The notes below the pieces were generated by a model. It did not search any database, was not told the origin of the DNA, and was given only the letters and a program-made list of their open reading frames with translations. Positions 1 through 8,331 of a stretch of DNA of 64,000 nt are shown here, piece by piece. The DNA is from a virus. The translations under genes were made by a program, and so were the position numbers. The DNA is taken from positions 1-64,000 of the IMG/VR virus record IMGVR_UViG_3300036831_000067. One strand, given 5' to 3'. How positions within the stretch are numbered: the first letter of the stretch is position 1; every line of letters begins with the position of its first letter.

Positions 1-2
1 CA

Positions 3-815
3 CACGGGGCCAACTTCCACCCCTGCCAGGCGTGCCAGGAGGTCCGGCCGAAGCGCCGAGGCATGCACTGGCCGCACGTGATCCTGGATTACCTGCACGT
101 GTGGAAGCCCGGGGACAGCCCGCCCGACGAGGACGGGCGCCGCAAGATCAACTACATCGCGGTGATGGCCGAGATCGAAGACATCCTGATCCGGTTCCCC
201 TCGACCACCAAAATCAGTTTCGACCAGTACGATTCGGCGCTGGGCATGGCCCAGTTGCGCCAGAAGTTCTCTCCGCACATCTCGGTCGCCGAGGTGATCT
301 TCACCGAGAAGGAGAACCAGCGCCGCGCCGAGCGGTTCAAGAACGCCCTCAACCTGGGGTGGGTCAGCGCCTACCGGGACCACCTCTACGAGGACGGCGG
401 GTCCCTGCTGGAGATGGAGTGCAAGTTCCTCTCCGAGCGCAACATGAAGGTGGTCAAGCAAGACTTCGGGCCGGTGCAGACCAAGGACCTGTTCGACGCC
501 GTCTCGGTGGTGGTCACCGATCTGCTGCACGAGGCCCTGGACCGTTACCGGGGCCAGTCCCTGGTCCACCCGTTGTTCGGGTCCTCGGAGACGGCCGGGT
601 TGCGCTCCGGTCGTGAGTTCCTGCGTCAGGGCGGCAGCAGCGCGCACAAGCGCCTGTCCCAGATGGAGCCGCTGATGCCCGACAACCCGGCGCGCGACAT
701 GCTGGCCGGGATGCGAACCGAGCGCAACCGGCGCGGTGCCTACGTTCCGAACCGGGCCAGCCAGATCCGTGAGCGTGCCTCTAACACACGGGCCGGGCGG
801 GGAAGGCGATTATGA
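3..815 (+). CDS. Terminase large subunit, C-terminal nuclease domain (5'-partial)
   Basis: Frame is open from the window start. HVILDYLHVWKP...ISFDQYDS...TKDLFDAV resembles the RNase H-like C-terminus of cluster C-like terminases. Confidence 0.7.
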   Translation, partial: HGANFHPCQACQEVRPKRRGMHWPHVILDYLHVWKPGDSPPDEDGRRKINYIAVMAEIEDILIRFPSTTKISFDQYDSALGMAQLRQKFSPHISVAEVIFTEKENQRRAERFKNALNLGWVSAYRDHLYEDGGSLLEMECKFLSERNMKVVKQDFGPVQTKDLFDAVSVVVTDLLHEALDRYRGQSLVHPLFGSSETAGLRSGREFLRQGGSSAHKRLSQMEPLMPDNPARDMLAGMRTERNRRGAYVPNRASQIRERASNTRAGRGRRL

Positions 816-866
816 CTTCCCGGCGTGTCGTCAGCCAATTCCGTTTGGATTGGGTCCAATAATCGT

Positions 867-1064
867 ATGGCCCGGGACACCAAGGCGTTGATGGATGAGG
901 TCGAGTACTTTGATGAGCCCACGCTGGAGATGAAACGCGCGGCCCAGCGCACGATCTGTGCCTACGCCACCGATGCCGCCGAGGCTGCTCTGTTCCTGGA
1001 CATGTGCGGTGTAGATCCTATCCAGGTTCCCCCGGCCTCCTCGGTGACATCGCGGCTCATATGA
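867..1064 (+). CDS. Small hypothetical protein
   Basis: ORF with phage-like codon usage; its stop overlaps the WhiB start (ATGA). Confidence 0.6.
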   Translation: MARDTKALMDEVEYFDEPTLEMKRAAQRTICAYATDAAEAALFLDMCGVDPIQVPPASSVTSRLI

Positions 1065-1348
1065 GCAGGCGACTGCCTCTGTTTGTCGTCTCCCCTGACG
1101 ACGAGTGGAAGTTGCGCGGGCTGTGTCGTCAGCCGGACTTGGATCCTGACACCTTTTTTCCGCCGGGGTCGGGGGAGATGGCCGCGCGGGCGGCCAAGAA
1201 GATCTGTTTTCATTGTCCGGTGGTCTCCCGGTGCCGGGACTGGGCGCTGACCCATGACGAATTTGGGGTCTGGGGCGGGATGACCGAGCGTGAGCGCAAG
1301 CGCCTGCGTCACCAGGCCAGACACAACCGCCGCCGCCGCTGTGGTTAG
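1061..1348 (+). CDS. whiB: WhiB family transcription factor
   Basis: W..RGLC...DTFFP...AKKICFHCPV..RCRDWAL...EFGVWGGMTERER: four Cys, the GVWGG turn and a basic tail. Confidence 0.95.
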   Translation: MSRRLPLFVVSPDDEWKLRGLCRQPDLDPDTFFPPGSGEMAARAAKKICFHCPVVSRCRDWALTHDEFGVWGGMTERERKRLRHQARHNRRRRCG

Positions 1349-1357
1349 AGGAACATT

Positions 1358-1384
1358 GGAATAAACCTTGGTCTGGGAATGTTC
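1358..1384 (+). promoter_or_regulatory. Early-class promoter motif GGAAT-N18-GTT
   Basis: GGAATA-14 nt-AATGTTC, the same spacing as at 4186, 5834 and 9085. Confidence 0.7.
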
Positions 1385-1424
1385 CGATCGGTGGAAAGAG
1401 AGATCCCCGATGGAAGGAAGACCA

Positions 1425-1592
1425 ATGGCAATGACCAAGCGGCTTCGTGAGGGGCCGATCACAACCAGTGAGCTGGATGCGCTCAATGACGCGATTCTTG
1501 TGCTGGAGATGCGCGGCCACCGAGAGCTGGCCAATCAACTGATTAACGTGTGGATCGAAGAGTTCGCTGCGACCGAAGAGAGGGCGGCATAA
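1425..1592 (+). CDS. Small hypothetical protein
   Basis: GGAAGGAAG RBS; TAATG overlap with the next gene. Confidence 0.7.
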   Translation: MAMTKRLREGPITTSELDALNDAILVLEMRGHRELANQLINVWIEEFAATEERAA

Positions 1593-1996
1593 TGACCACA
1601 GTCCAGAGCCCCAGGCTCACCTCGCGCGCGAGCGAGCAGTTGTACGCCCGGGCGCACGCCGCCGGGATGGCGGCCGGAGAAGCCGCGCGGCCGACCCCGA
1701 TGGTTGTCACTGAGCATCGCAATCCGCTCGATGACTCTTCGCCGGTCATCCGGACCTACGCGCCGGTGATGTCTGGTGTGTGCGGTTTCGCCTGGGTCAC
1801 GGTGCGACCTGCCACCTCGTCGTTCGCGCGGTACCTCAAGGCCCGGGGGCACCGCCGGGGATATGAGGGCGGCATCCAGATCTGGGTCGGCGAGTTCGGC
1901 CAGAGCATGGAACGCAAGGAGGCTTACGCCCGGGCGTTCGCCGCAGTGCTGCGCGAGGCCGGGATCACGGCCTACGCCGCGAGCCGGATGGATTAA
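1592..1996 (+). CDS. Conserved phage hypothetical protein (CGFAWV family)
   Basis: GVCGFAWV...GQSMERKEAYARAFAAVL..AGI...SRMD, a pattern I recognise from diverse phages. Confidence 0.85.
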   Translation: MTTVQSPRLTSRASEQLYARAHAAGMAAGEAARPTPMVVTEHRNPLDDSSPVIRTYAPVMSGVCGFAWVTVRPATSSFARYLKARGHRRGYEGGIQIWVGEFGQSMERKEAYARAFAAVLREAGITAYAASRMD

Positions 1997-2014
1997 CTCC
2001 ATCGATCATCAATC

Positions 2015-2039
2015 ACCGGCGTCCCCAGAGGGCGCCGGT
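2015..2039 (+). terminator. Intergenic hairpin (terminator-like or mRNA-stabilising)
   Basis: ACCGGCGTCC / GGGCGCCGGT inverted repeat; weak U-tract. Confidence 0.45.
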
Positions 2040-2061
2040 TCTCATTGGAAGACACGCACAA

Positions 2062-2856
2062 ATGACGACAATTTACTTCGCGACCAATCACGCCTCGGCG
2101 ATCCCGCTGATGCAGGCTGCTTACCGGGGTGAGGCGGCGCTGCCGTTGGGCTACATCGATACGCCCAACCAGGGCAACCGGCTTCCCGAGGACGTGCTGT
2201 GGTGCGCCGACAACGGCCGGTTCTCCTGCAAGGACTGGACCGAAGCCAGATGGTGGAGCTTCCTGGTCAAGCACGCTTACGCGGCCGACCGTTGCGCGTT
2301 CGCCACGGCCCCCGATGTCGTGTACCAGATCCCCGACCCGGATCATCCCGGCAAGACTATTCCGGTCGGCGACTTCGCGGCCACTCTTGAGTTGAGCCGC
2401 AAGTGGTTCGGTCGCATCCGTGAGCTGGGTTACCAGGTCGCGTTCGTTGCCCAGGATGGCTGGGACCCCTCGGTCATCCCGTGGGACGAGTTCGATGTTC
2501 TGTTCGTGGGCGGGTCCGACGAGTTCAAGCTGGGACCGGACGGCGCCGCCGCGATCGCTGAGGCCCGGGCTCACGGTAAGTGGGTTCACATGGGCCGGGT
2601 CAACAGTGCCCTGCGCATGGGCATCGCCGCGCAGCGAGGTTGTGATTCCGCCGACGGTTCCTGCCTGCGCGCGGGTGCGGTCAAGGGCGGGATCAACGTC
2701 AACCTGCACAAGATGCTGAGCTGGATCGGCGACGAGGCCACGGTGTCCGGGGCCCTGCGTCACGCCGGGTTGGAAGAGGTCAGTGTCGAGACCGCGCACG
2801 GCATCGAGATCGGCCATCGCCGCGCGCACCAAAACGAGTACGCTCTGGCGGCATAA
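2062..2856 (+). CDS. TGT/DpdA-like (tRNA-guanine transglycosylase fold) protein
   Basis: Motifs WCADNGRF, APDVV, AFVAQDG, LFVGG, VHMGRVN and DSADGS line up with the Asp/Gly/His positions of TGT-type barrels. Confidence 0.6.
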   Translation: MTTIYFATNHASAIPLMQAAYRGEAALPLGYIDTPNQGNRLPEDVLWCADNGRFSCKDWTEARWWSFLVKHAYAADRCAFATAPDVVYQIPDPDHPGKTIPVGDFAATLELSRKWFGRIRELGYQVAFVAQDGWDPSVIPWDEFDVLFVGGSDEFKLGPDGAAAIAEARAHGKWVHMGRVNSALRMGIAAQRGCDSADGSCLRAGAVKGGINVNLHKMLSWIGDEATVSGALRHAGLEEVSVETAHGIEIGHRRAHQNEYALAA

Positions 2857-2882
2857 TCAATCCGGCTCAAATGTTCTTATAA
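2850..2882 (+). promoter_or_regulatory. Early-class promoter motif (variant GGCAT-N18-GTT)
   Basis: GGCATA-14-AATGTTCttATAActGGAAGGGAG. Confidence 0.6.
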
Positions 2883-2899
2883 CTGGAAGGGAGAGCGAA

Positions 2900-3211
2900 A
2901 TGACTTACTACGTGGCACCCCAGCGCAAGGATCACACCCTGGCCATCGTGGTGGGAATGTCGCTGGTCGCCATGGCTTTGGCCGTTATTGTCATAGTCGG
3001 GATCGTGGCGGCGATGATGACGATGGCCCACCATGAGCAGCAGCATTCTCCGGCCTGGCATATGGGACACGACTTCGCGACTAGCCAGGTGATGCAGGGC
3101 GGGGTCGACGAGCACGCCTGTAACTGGATCGCCTACGGCGGCCCCAGCGGTGGCGTCAACCCGGACGACTACTACGCCGGATGCATGGCCGGGATCCAGC
3201 ATCACCGCTGA
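2900..3211 (+). CDS. Membrane protein (one long TM segment, small Cys-containing external domain)
   Basis: Hydrophobic run LAIVVGMSLVAMALAVIVIVGIVAAMM; RBS GGGAGAG. Confidence 0.8.
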   Translation: MTYYVAPQRKDHTLAIVVGMSLVAMALAVIVIVGIVAAMMTMAHHEQQHSPAWHMGHDFATSQVMQGGVDEHACNWIAYGGPSGGVNPDDYYAGCMAGIQHHR

Positions 3212-3213
3212 AA

Positions 3214-3229
3214 TGTGATCTTCGTCACA
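3214..3229. promoter_or_regulatory. CRP-family binding site
   Basis: aaaTGTGA-tcttcg-TCACA is a perfect TGTGA-N6-TCACA palindrome in intergenic DNA. Confidence 0.6.
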
Positions 3230-3230
3230 C

Positions 3231-3294
3231 GGCTTGACCTGCGGCACTTCGCTTAGAGCAACTAATCGTCGTAAGCATAAGCCCAGGTCAGGCC
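3231..3294 (+). other. Long intergenic hairpin
   Basis: GGCTTGACCTG / CAGGTCAGGCC outer stem with inner GCTTA/TAAGC, followed by GTTTTG. Confidence 0.5.
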
Positions 3295-3324
3295 GTTTTG
3301 TGTGAGTTAGCTACAAACACTGTT

Positions 3325-3333
3325 TGATATAAT
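3325..3333 (+). promoter_or_regulatory. Extended -10 SigA-type promoter
   Basis: TGaTATAAT about 50 nt upstream of the ATG at 3384. Confidence 0.65.
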
Positions 3334-3383
3334 TGCAGGTGAGAGGGTTAAAAGGACCTGATCTAGCAAAGGAGACACACACG

Positions 3384-3713
3384 ATGAATCAGAAGAGTCC
3401 GCACCCGGCCGAGCCGGTTCCCGAGTATCTGCACGAGGTGCGAGTCAACGGGCGCCGACTGATCAAGGGAATGGAAGCATCCCTGCCCAAGGGTCGCAGC
3501 GGCATCGCCGGGCGCTACGAGTTCCGCTACGGCGAGGTGATGCGCGGCCAGCGGGTCACGCTCACCGATGGTGGACTGGTGCCCGAGGGCCCGGTCGAGG
3601 AGATCCTGATGCTGACCTTCTACGGGCCGGTGCGCCGCGTGAAGCAGCGCTTCCGCACGGTGCGTGCCGGTGATGTCCTGACGGTGCACTCCAAGACGGA
3701 GGCCCGGTCATGA
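3384..3713 (+). CDS. Hypothetical protein
   Basis: AAAGGAGACACACACG-ATG leader. Confidence 0.8.
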   Translation: MNQKSPHPAEPVPEYLHEVRVNGRRLIKGMEASLPKGRSGIAGRYEFRYGEVMRGQRVTLTDGGLVPEGPVEEILMLTFYGPVRRVKQRFRTVRAGDVLTVHSKTEARS

Positions 3714-4207
3714 GCACCAAGCGCAAGGTCCAAAAGGCAACCCCGTGGCAGCCGCTGCGGCCTGCCGAGTCAAAAGACCCGGACGTGTGGGCGCGGAACG
3801 GCATGCGGGCGCCGGACCGGATCTATGTCAACAACCTGTACTCGGTCTACGTTCGTGAGATCGGTAAGGGTGCGCTGCACATCAGTTTCCACCGGCACAG
3901 CCGTGGGGCGGTACGTGATTGGCGTCATTTCCAGGCGATCAAGAACGAGGTCGCCGGTCCGGAACGACTGGCTGTCGAGGTGTTTCCTCCCGAGTCAATG
4001 CTGGTGGACGAGGCGAACGAGTACCACCTATGGGTGTTCTCTGAGGGATCAGAGGGTGAGTTTCCGTTCCTGCTGCCGGGCCGCCGCCAGGTGGGCACGC
4101 GAGAGGACATGGAACGCGAGCAGGGTCGCACCAGGGCACGGCAGCGCAACTGGCAACCGGGCATTCCGACGGGAAAGGGGTTTGAGGAATACACAGCTCT
4201 CCTCTAA
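3710..4207 (+). CDS. DUF7694-like protein
   Basis: HISFHRH...RDWRHFQAIKNE..GPER.AVEVFPP...LVDEANEYHLW. Confidence 0.75.
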   Translation: MSTKRKVQKATPWQPLRPAESKDPDVWARNGMRAPDRIYVNNLYSVYVREIGKGALHISFHRHSRGAVRDWRHFQAIKNEVAGPERLAVEVFPPESMLVDEANEYHLWVFSEGSEGEFPFLLPGRRQVGTREDMEREQGRTRARQRNWQPGIPTGKGFEEYTALL

Positions 4208-4225
4208 TGTTCAGATAATCGGAAG
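4186..4225 (+). promoter_or_regulatory. Early-class promoter GGAAT-N18-GTT; copy 1 of a 40-bp direct repeat
   Basis: 39/40 nt identical to 5834-5873. Confidence 0.8.
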
Positions 4226-4240
4226 AAGGAGACACACACC

Positions 4241-5263
4241 ATGACGACAATCACGACCTACACCCGCGAGCAGGCCAAGGCATCCGATGCCAAGCTGGCC
4301 GAGCTGTGGATGGTCCGGGCGATGGCTCGTCAGAGCCTCAAGTCCGCCAAGATCACGGTCCACTACGCGGCCGGTGACAGCAAGCTCTACTACGGCGGGC
4401 GCTCGGAGTGGAAGCTGGACCTGGTTGATGCGATCGCCAAGGCGACGGCAACCGCGCAGGGGACCACCTACGCTGCCGAGCAGGCCGCCCGCGCGCTGCG
4501 TGAGATGGGCAAGGCCACCGAGCGTCTGGAGGCGGCTGACACCGCCGTGCAAGAGCAGGAGAGGCAGTGGTACGAGCACGGCCAGTGGCGTCGCTACATC
4601 GCGGTGCCCGGCGGTCACATCCATCACAACGATGGCTGCTTCACGCTTCGGTGGGACACCGACACCCGGTGGCTGCCGGAGTTGTCCGGTGACACCGAGG
4701 CCGACGCGGTGGCCGCTTACGGTCCGGCACTGTGCAGCCACTGCTACCCCAGTGCCCCGAGCGACTGGCGCGAGCGGGCCACAGTGCCCGTCGACACCGA
4801 CGGCAACCCGTTGCCCAAGGCCCAGGCCGACGCGATCAAGGCCGAGCGTCGCGCGGAGAAAAACGCCAAGGCTTCGGCCAAGGCCGCCGCCGAGGTGCGA
4901 GACCCCGATACCGGCCGGGTCCTCTACAAGACCGACCGGGCCGCGACCAACGCGGTCGCGGGTGCCTTGAAGAACATGCGCTGGTACGAGTTCGATCACC
5001 CGGACATGCCGGAGTGGGAGAGCACGGTCTCCGAGGCGATCGCCGCCTTGGCCGCCAAGCAGGGTGTCGACCCCGACGCGTTGCGCGCCGAGGCCGAGGT
5101 CCGTGCCGACAAGGCCTACCAGGCCGGGTTGCGCAAGGCCTGGCGCGAGCTGAAGGCCGACTGCGCCTGCGGGCGCTGGGGTCGTTCGTGCGTGAACATG
5201 GACTCGGCCACCGTGCGCTACGGGCGCTCGATCGGCGAGGAGTTGGTCTTCGCCCGCGATTAA
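4241..5263 (+). CDS. Conserved actinophage hypothetical protein, probably Zn-binding
   Basis: GHIH...C and LCSHCYPSAP motifs; strong RBS. Confidence 0.85.
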   Translation: MTTITTYTREQAKASDAKLAELWMVRAMARQSLKSAKITVHYAAGDSKLYYGGRSEWKLDLVDAIAKATATAQGTTYAAEQAARALREMGKATERLEAADTAVQEQERQWYEHGQWRRYIAVPGGHIHHNDGCFTLRWDTDTRWLPELSGDTEADAVAAYGPALCSHCYPSAPSDWRERATVPVDTDGNPLPKAQADAIKAERRAEKNAKASAKAAAEVRDPDTGRVLYKTDRAATNAVAGALKNMRWYEFDHPDMPEWESTVSEAIAALAAKQGVDPDALRAEAEVRADKAYQAGLRKAWRELKADCACGRWGRSCVNMDSATVRYGRSIGEELVFARD

Positions 5264-5272
5264 ATGAGACGA

Positions 5273-5344
5273 GCCTCTGCGGCGTACATAGCGCCGGGGT
5301 ACGGCCAGGCCGCGCTGGTTGATACGCCCCGGCCCCGCAGGGGC
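5273..5344 (+). other. Long intergenic hairpin
   Basis: Nested stems GCCTCTGCGG/CCGCAGGGGC, CCGGGG/CCCCGG and CCAG/CTGG. Confidence 0.5.
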
Positions 5345-5371
5345 CTACACAACAAAGAAGGAGACACACAC

Positions 5372-5704
5372 ATGAGCACGCAAGAGAAGCTCGGCTGGGG
5401 TGCGGCCCACCTGGTGCCCGAGGGCGCCAAGGCCGCGTGGGGTGCCCGCCTCATCGTCACCCAGACCGGGGACGTGGACATCGTCCATGATCGTCAGCAT
5501 GCGGTCGGTACCGAGGTTGACACGTTGCTGGATCACCTGAACAAGGTGCCCTGGCGCAAGAGTCTCAGTGACATGCTCAAGCGCTACGAGGTCTCGACCC
5601 GGGAGGGTGGCGAGGTCACCGTCTATGAGGACGACAAGATCGCGGTGCGGGGCAACTCCAATGGCAGCTACGGCTACTTCTACGTGGCCGCCTGGCTCAA
5701 GTAA
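5372..5704 (+). CDS. Hypothetical protein
   Basis: AAGAAGGAGACACACAC-ATG leader. Confidence 0.85.
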   Translation: MSTQEKLGWGAAHLVPEGAKAAWGARLIVTQTGDVDIVHDRQHAVGTEVDTLLDHLNKVPWRKSLSDMLKRYEVSTREGGEVTVYEDDKIAVRGNSNGSYGYFYVAAWLK

Positions 5705-5707
5705 AAG

Positions 5708-5835
5708 CCCAGGTGGGTGGCGTCAAGCCACGAGGACCCGTTTATCGTTCGGCGGCATCACCCGGGTAAGGGCGGTCCATGACGGAAGCCGCGAATCTCC
5801 CCCGAGACCGTACCTGCGCCACCACCTCACCTGGG
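5708..5835 (+). ncRNA. Candidate structured RNA
   Basis: Closing stem CCCAGGTG.GGTGGCG / CGCCACC..CACCTGGG; inner stems GGACC/GGTCC, ACGG/CCGT and TCTC/GAGA; fills the whole intergenic gap. Confidence 0.4.
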
Positions 5836-5873
5836 AATACACAGCTTTCCTCTAATGTTCAGATAATCGGAAG
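5834..5873 (+). promoter_or_regulatory. Early-class promoter GGAAT-N18-GTT; copy 2 of the 40-bp direct repeat
   Basis: Near-identical to 4186-4225. Confidence 0.8.
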
Positions 5874-5885
5874 GGAGATACACAG

Positions 5886-6440
5886 ATGGGATCGATCAGT
5901 TATCGGATTCCCTACGGCAGCTCGGCTAAGGCCGAGGTAGCCAAGTACGTGCGCGAGAATTTCATGGGCGAGTTCCTCGTCGGTAACTTCGCGCCTGGTG
6001 ACTCTGGCGGTCTGAAGTGGGGTGGCTGGGGTGGCTATTACTTCGGTGCGCACAGGTTGCCGGACGGCACCGTGTACGCCTCGGTTACCGCGTTCGCTCA
6101 GGACAAGGGTGACGTGGTCATCAAGGCCATGGAGGAGTCGATGGGACCGACCGCGATTGGCGTTGGCGCCAAAGTGCTGGCGGCGTTGACTCCGTTGCCC
6201 GAGAACACCCACGAGTGGCAGCGCGGCTGGCGCGAGGAGGCCGAGAAGTACCAGATGCAACGTAAGGCGGGGCTGGCGGCCAAGGGTAAGACCATCAAGC
6301 TGGCCAAGCCCATGAAGTTCACTAGCGGGCTGGAACTCGACACCTTCGAGGTCGAGGGGCTCAACGAGTGGCGCTGGGCTGGTCGGCGGTTTCGCCCTGG
6401 CCAGGACTGGTTTATGTCCGAGTGGAGCGTGGTGGCATGA
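5886..6440 (+). CDS. DUF6927-like protein
   Basis: IKAMEESMGP...VLAALTP...WR...GKTIKLAKPMKF...DTF pattern. Confidence 0.7.
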   Translation: MGSISYRIPYGSSAKAEVAKYVRENFMGEFLVGNFAPGDSGGLKWGGWGGYYFGAHRLPDGTVYASVTAFAQDKGDVVIKAMEESMGPTAIGVGAKVLAALTPLPENTHEWQRGWREEAEKYQMQRKAGLAAKGKTIKLAKPMKFTSGLELDTFEVEGLNEWRWAGRRFRPGQDWFMSEWSVVA

Positions 6441-6463
6441 GCAACGTCGGAAGGAGCAGCACG

Positions 6464-6616
6464 ATGACGTGCAAGGACTGTGGCAAAGAGATTGACCTGT
6501 TGGAGGCGTTCCCGAAGGGACGCTGCCTGGAGTGCCACGCCACTGCCCCGGAAGTATGCCGGGAGACACGAATGATGACCGCCGAGAAACTGGCGAGAAT
6601 GTGGGGCGCGAAATGA
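6464..6616 (+). CDS. Small Zn-finger protein (alternative start 6437)
   Basis: CKDC...CLECH; GGAAGGAG RBS. Confidence 0.75.
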   Translation: MTCKDCGKEIDLLEAFPKGRCLECHATAPEVCRETRMMTAEKLARMWGAK

Positions 6617-6638
6617 GCGCGGTACGCATCGGAAGGAG

Positions 6639-6944
6639 ATGAAAATGATTGGCCGAGAGACACTGCGCGACGACGCTGAAGCATGCGGATGGGAGAACAT
6701 CACCAAGTCTGACTATCCGAGCTGGACGGAAGGATTCCGGCGCGGCGATATCGAGCTGTTCGTCGACTACAACAAGGTTGGGTCGGTGACCGTTGCCTGG
6801 TTGCGCCGGGTGGTTGCTATGACCAAGGATTCGTTGACGGGTCGCGAATTGCCTGCCGTGCGAACCCTTGGCTATGTCAATCACAAGAGCCGCAACAAAG
6901 GCATCACCGTGCGTGGTTGGTTACGCGAGAAGGTGCAGTCATGA
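6639..6944 (+). CDS. Hypothetical protein (A..GW paralogue family)
   Basis: RBS present; similar to the proteins at 6941, 9887 and 13288. Confidence 0.75.
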   Translation: MKMIGRETLRDDAEACGWENITKSDYPSWTEGFRRGDIELFVDYNKVGSVTVAWLRRVVAMTKDSLTGRELPAVRTLGYVNHKSRNKGITVRGWLREKVQS

Positions 6945-7306
6945 GCGCGGTCACGCAAGATCGAATCCGCCAGGCCGCTGTTGAGAACGGTTGGGCGATC
7001 AAGGCCAGGAAGGGTGAGGTTTATACCTCCGCGCACGGCGTAACCCGATGGGATCGCGACATTTTCCAGATTGGGCGCGTCGACCGTTACCTTCAGAACG
7101 GCACACCGGTTACCGAGTGCGAGCATGACATTTCAGTCTGGTATCGCCACGACGGCGCGGTTTGGTTCGCCACTGCTCACACCTACACGGTGCCCAGGGT
7201 GATCTATCGGGAGGGCGTCGCACGCGGAGAAAAGAACAAGGCGGCCCGCATTATCGCTGCTTTGCGGGCGCGCACATCGGATATCCCTGAGGAGGTGCGG
7301 TCATGA
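6941..7306 (+). CDS. Hypothetical protein (A..GW paralogue family)
   Basis: ATGA overlaps at both ends. Confidence 0.75.
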   Translation: MSAVTQDRIRQAAVENGWAIKARKGEVYTSAHGVTRWDRDIFQIGRVDRYLQNGTPVTECEHDISVWYRHDGAVWFATAHTYTVPRVIYREGVARGEKNKAARIIAALRARTSDIPEEVRS

Positions 7307-7506
7307 GCGCGGTACGCATCGTTCACAACAGGCTGCTGGGTGGCTGGTACGTCGTGACCGGCCCTCACCAGAGTCCCGTCAGCACCAGGTTCGACTCCAG
7401 GGCGGAGGCGCAGGCCTGGCTGCAGTGGCGTAGGTATCGGGGAGATCACTGGCGAGAGGAAAACCTCCCCAGTTTCGAGGAATGGAAGGAGACACACGAT
7501 GTATGA
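7303..7506 (+). CDS. Small hypothetical protein
   Basis: GAGGAGG RBS; translationally coupled. Confidence 0.75.
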   Translation: MSAVRIVHNRLLGGWYVVTGPHQSPVSTRFDSRAEAQAWLQWRRYRGDHWREENLPSFEEWKETHDV

Positions 7507-8038
7507 GCGCAGCTACGGCAGTAAGTACAAGGAGCTGGGCGGCTACCAACCCGCCAGCCACATCGCCAGGCTGATGCGCGTCGACATCAAGGCCGCCATC
7601 GAGCGCGGCGAGTTGCCGGGCGCTATGAAGAACTACTCGGTGCGGGTGCACAACTACTCCGGCGGCCGGGCGATCTACATCGAGGCCCGCGATCTGGAGG
7701 ACATGTGGCAGGACTGCGACGGCACCAAGCCGGGCAGCAAGCACTACTTCACCGCATCCGACGGTACTCAGGGCTGGACGGCCATGAACTGTGGCTACCA
7801 CGGCCACGGGCGCCCCGACTTCGAGGGCCACCAGGTGCTCACCATCGAGGGATGCCGGGTCCAGGAGATCCTCAAGGGCATTCACCGGGCTTACAACTAC
7901 GACGGCTCAGAGGTCATGGTCGACTACTTCGACGTGAACTACTACGGCGATGCGTCGATCGAGGACCAGTGGCACCGAGACATCAGGAGGATCAGGGAGG
8001 CCGAGCGCAAGGCAGCCAAGGAAGCGAAGGCGTCATGA
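7499..8038 (+). CDS. LPD29-like hypothetical protein
   Basis: YSVRVHNYSGGRAI...YNYDGSEVMVDYFDVNYYG pattern. Confidence 0.6.
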   Translation: MYERSYGSKYKELGGYQPASHIARLMRVDIKAAIERGELPGAMKNYSVRVHNYSGGRAIYIEARDLEDMWQDCDGTKPGSKHYFTASDGTQGWTAMNCGYHGHGRPDFEGHQVLTIEGCRVQEILKGIHRAYNYDGSEVMVDYFDVNYYGDASIEDQWHRDIRRIREAERKAAKEAKAS

Positions 8039-8331
8039 AGCAGGAGTTTGTCGACAGCCTGAAGGAACGGGCACTGGCCACTTACCTGCGCACCGACGGC
8101 AGTCAGGCTGACATCGCCGAGGTGGTCGAGTTCGAGGACCTGCGCTGGGGCGGTCGCTACGTCATCCTTCGGACGGCCGGTGAGGCTGTCGCCGTCTACA
8201 AGATGGTTGTGCGCTTCGGTGCAGCCAAGCCTGATGGCAAAGGTGCGTTCGTGGTCAACAGCATGAGCGTCGGAGTCAAACGGATCAAGCGTTGGCCAAA
8301 AGGATTGGTGAGCAAGGAAAGGGAGGCATGA
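8035..8331 (+). CDS. Hypothetical protein
   Basis: Coupled ORF with ATGA overlaps. Confidence 0.7.
   Translation: MKQEFVDSLKERALATYLRTDGSQADIAEVVEFEDLRWGGRYVILRTAGEAVAVYKMVVRFGAAKPDGKGAFVVNSMSVGVKRIKRWPKGLVSKEREA

Larger units (their letters stand above)
6613..7321 (+). repeat. 19-bp direct repeat ATGAGCGCGGTACGCATCG at 6613-6631 and 7303-7321
   Basis: Exact match; flanks two genes; a partial third copy lies at 6941. Confidence 0.85.

Noticed and set aside
3301-3312. TGTGAGTTAGCT, identical to part of the E. coli lac CRP site (possible vector contamination)
   Set aside because: The match is only 12 nt and the flanks are unrelated to lac; it is treated as a weak half-site or chance.
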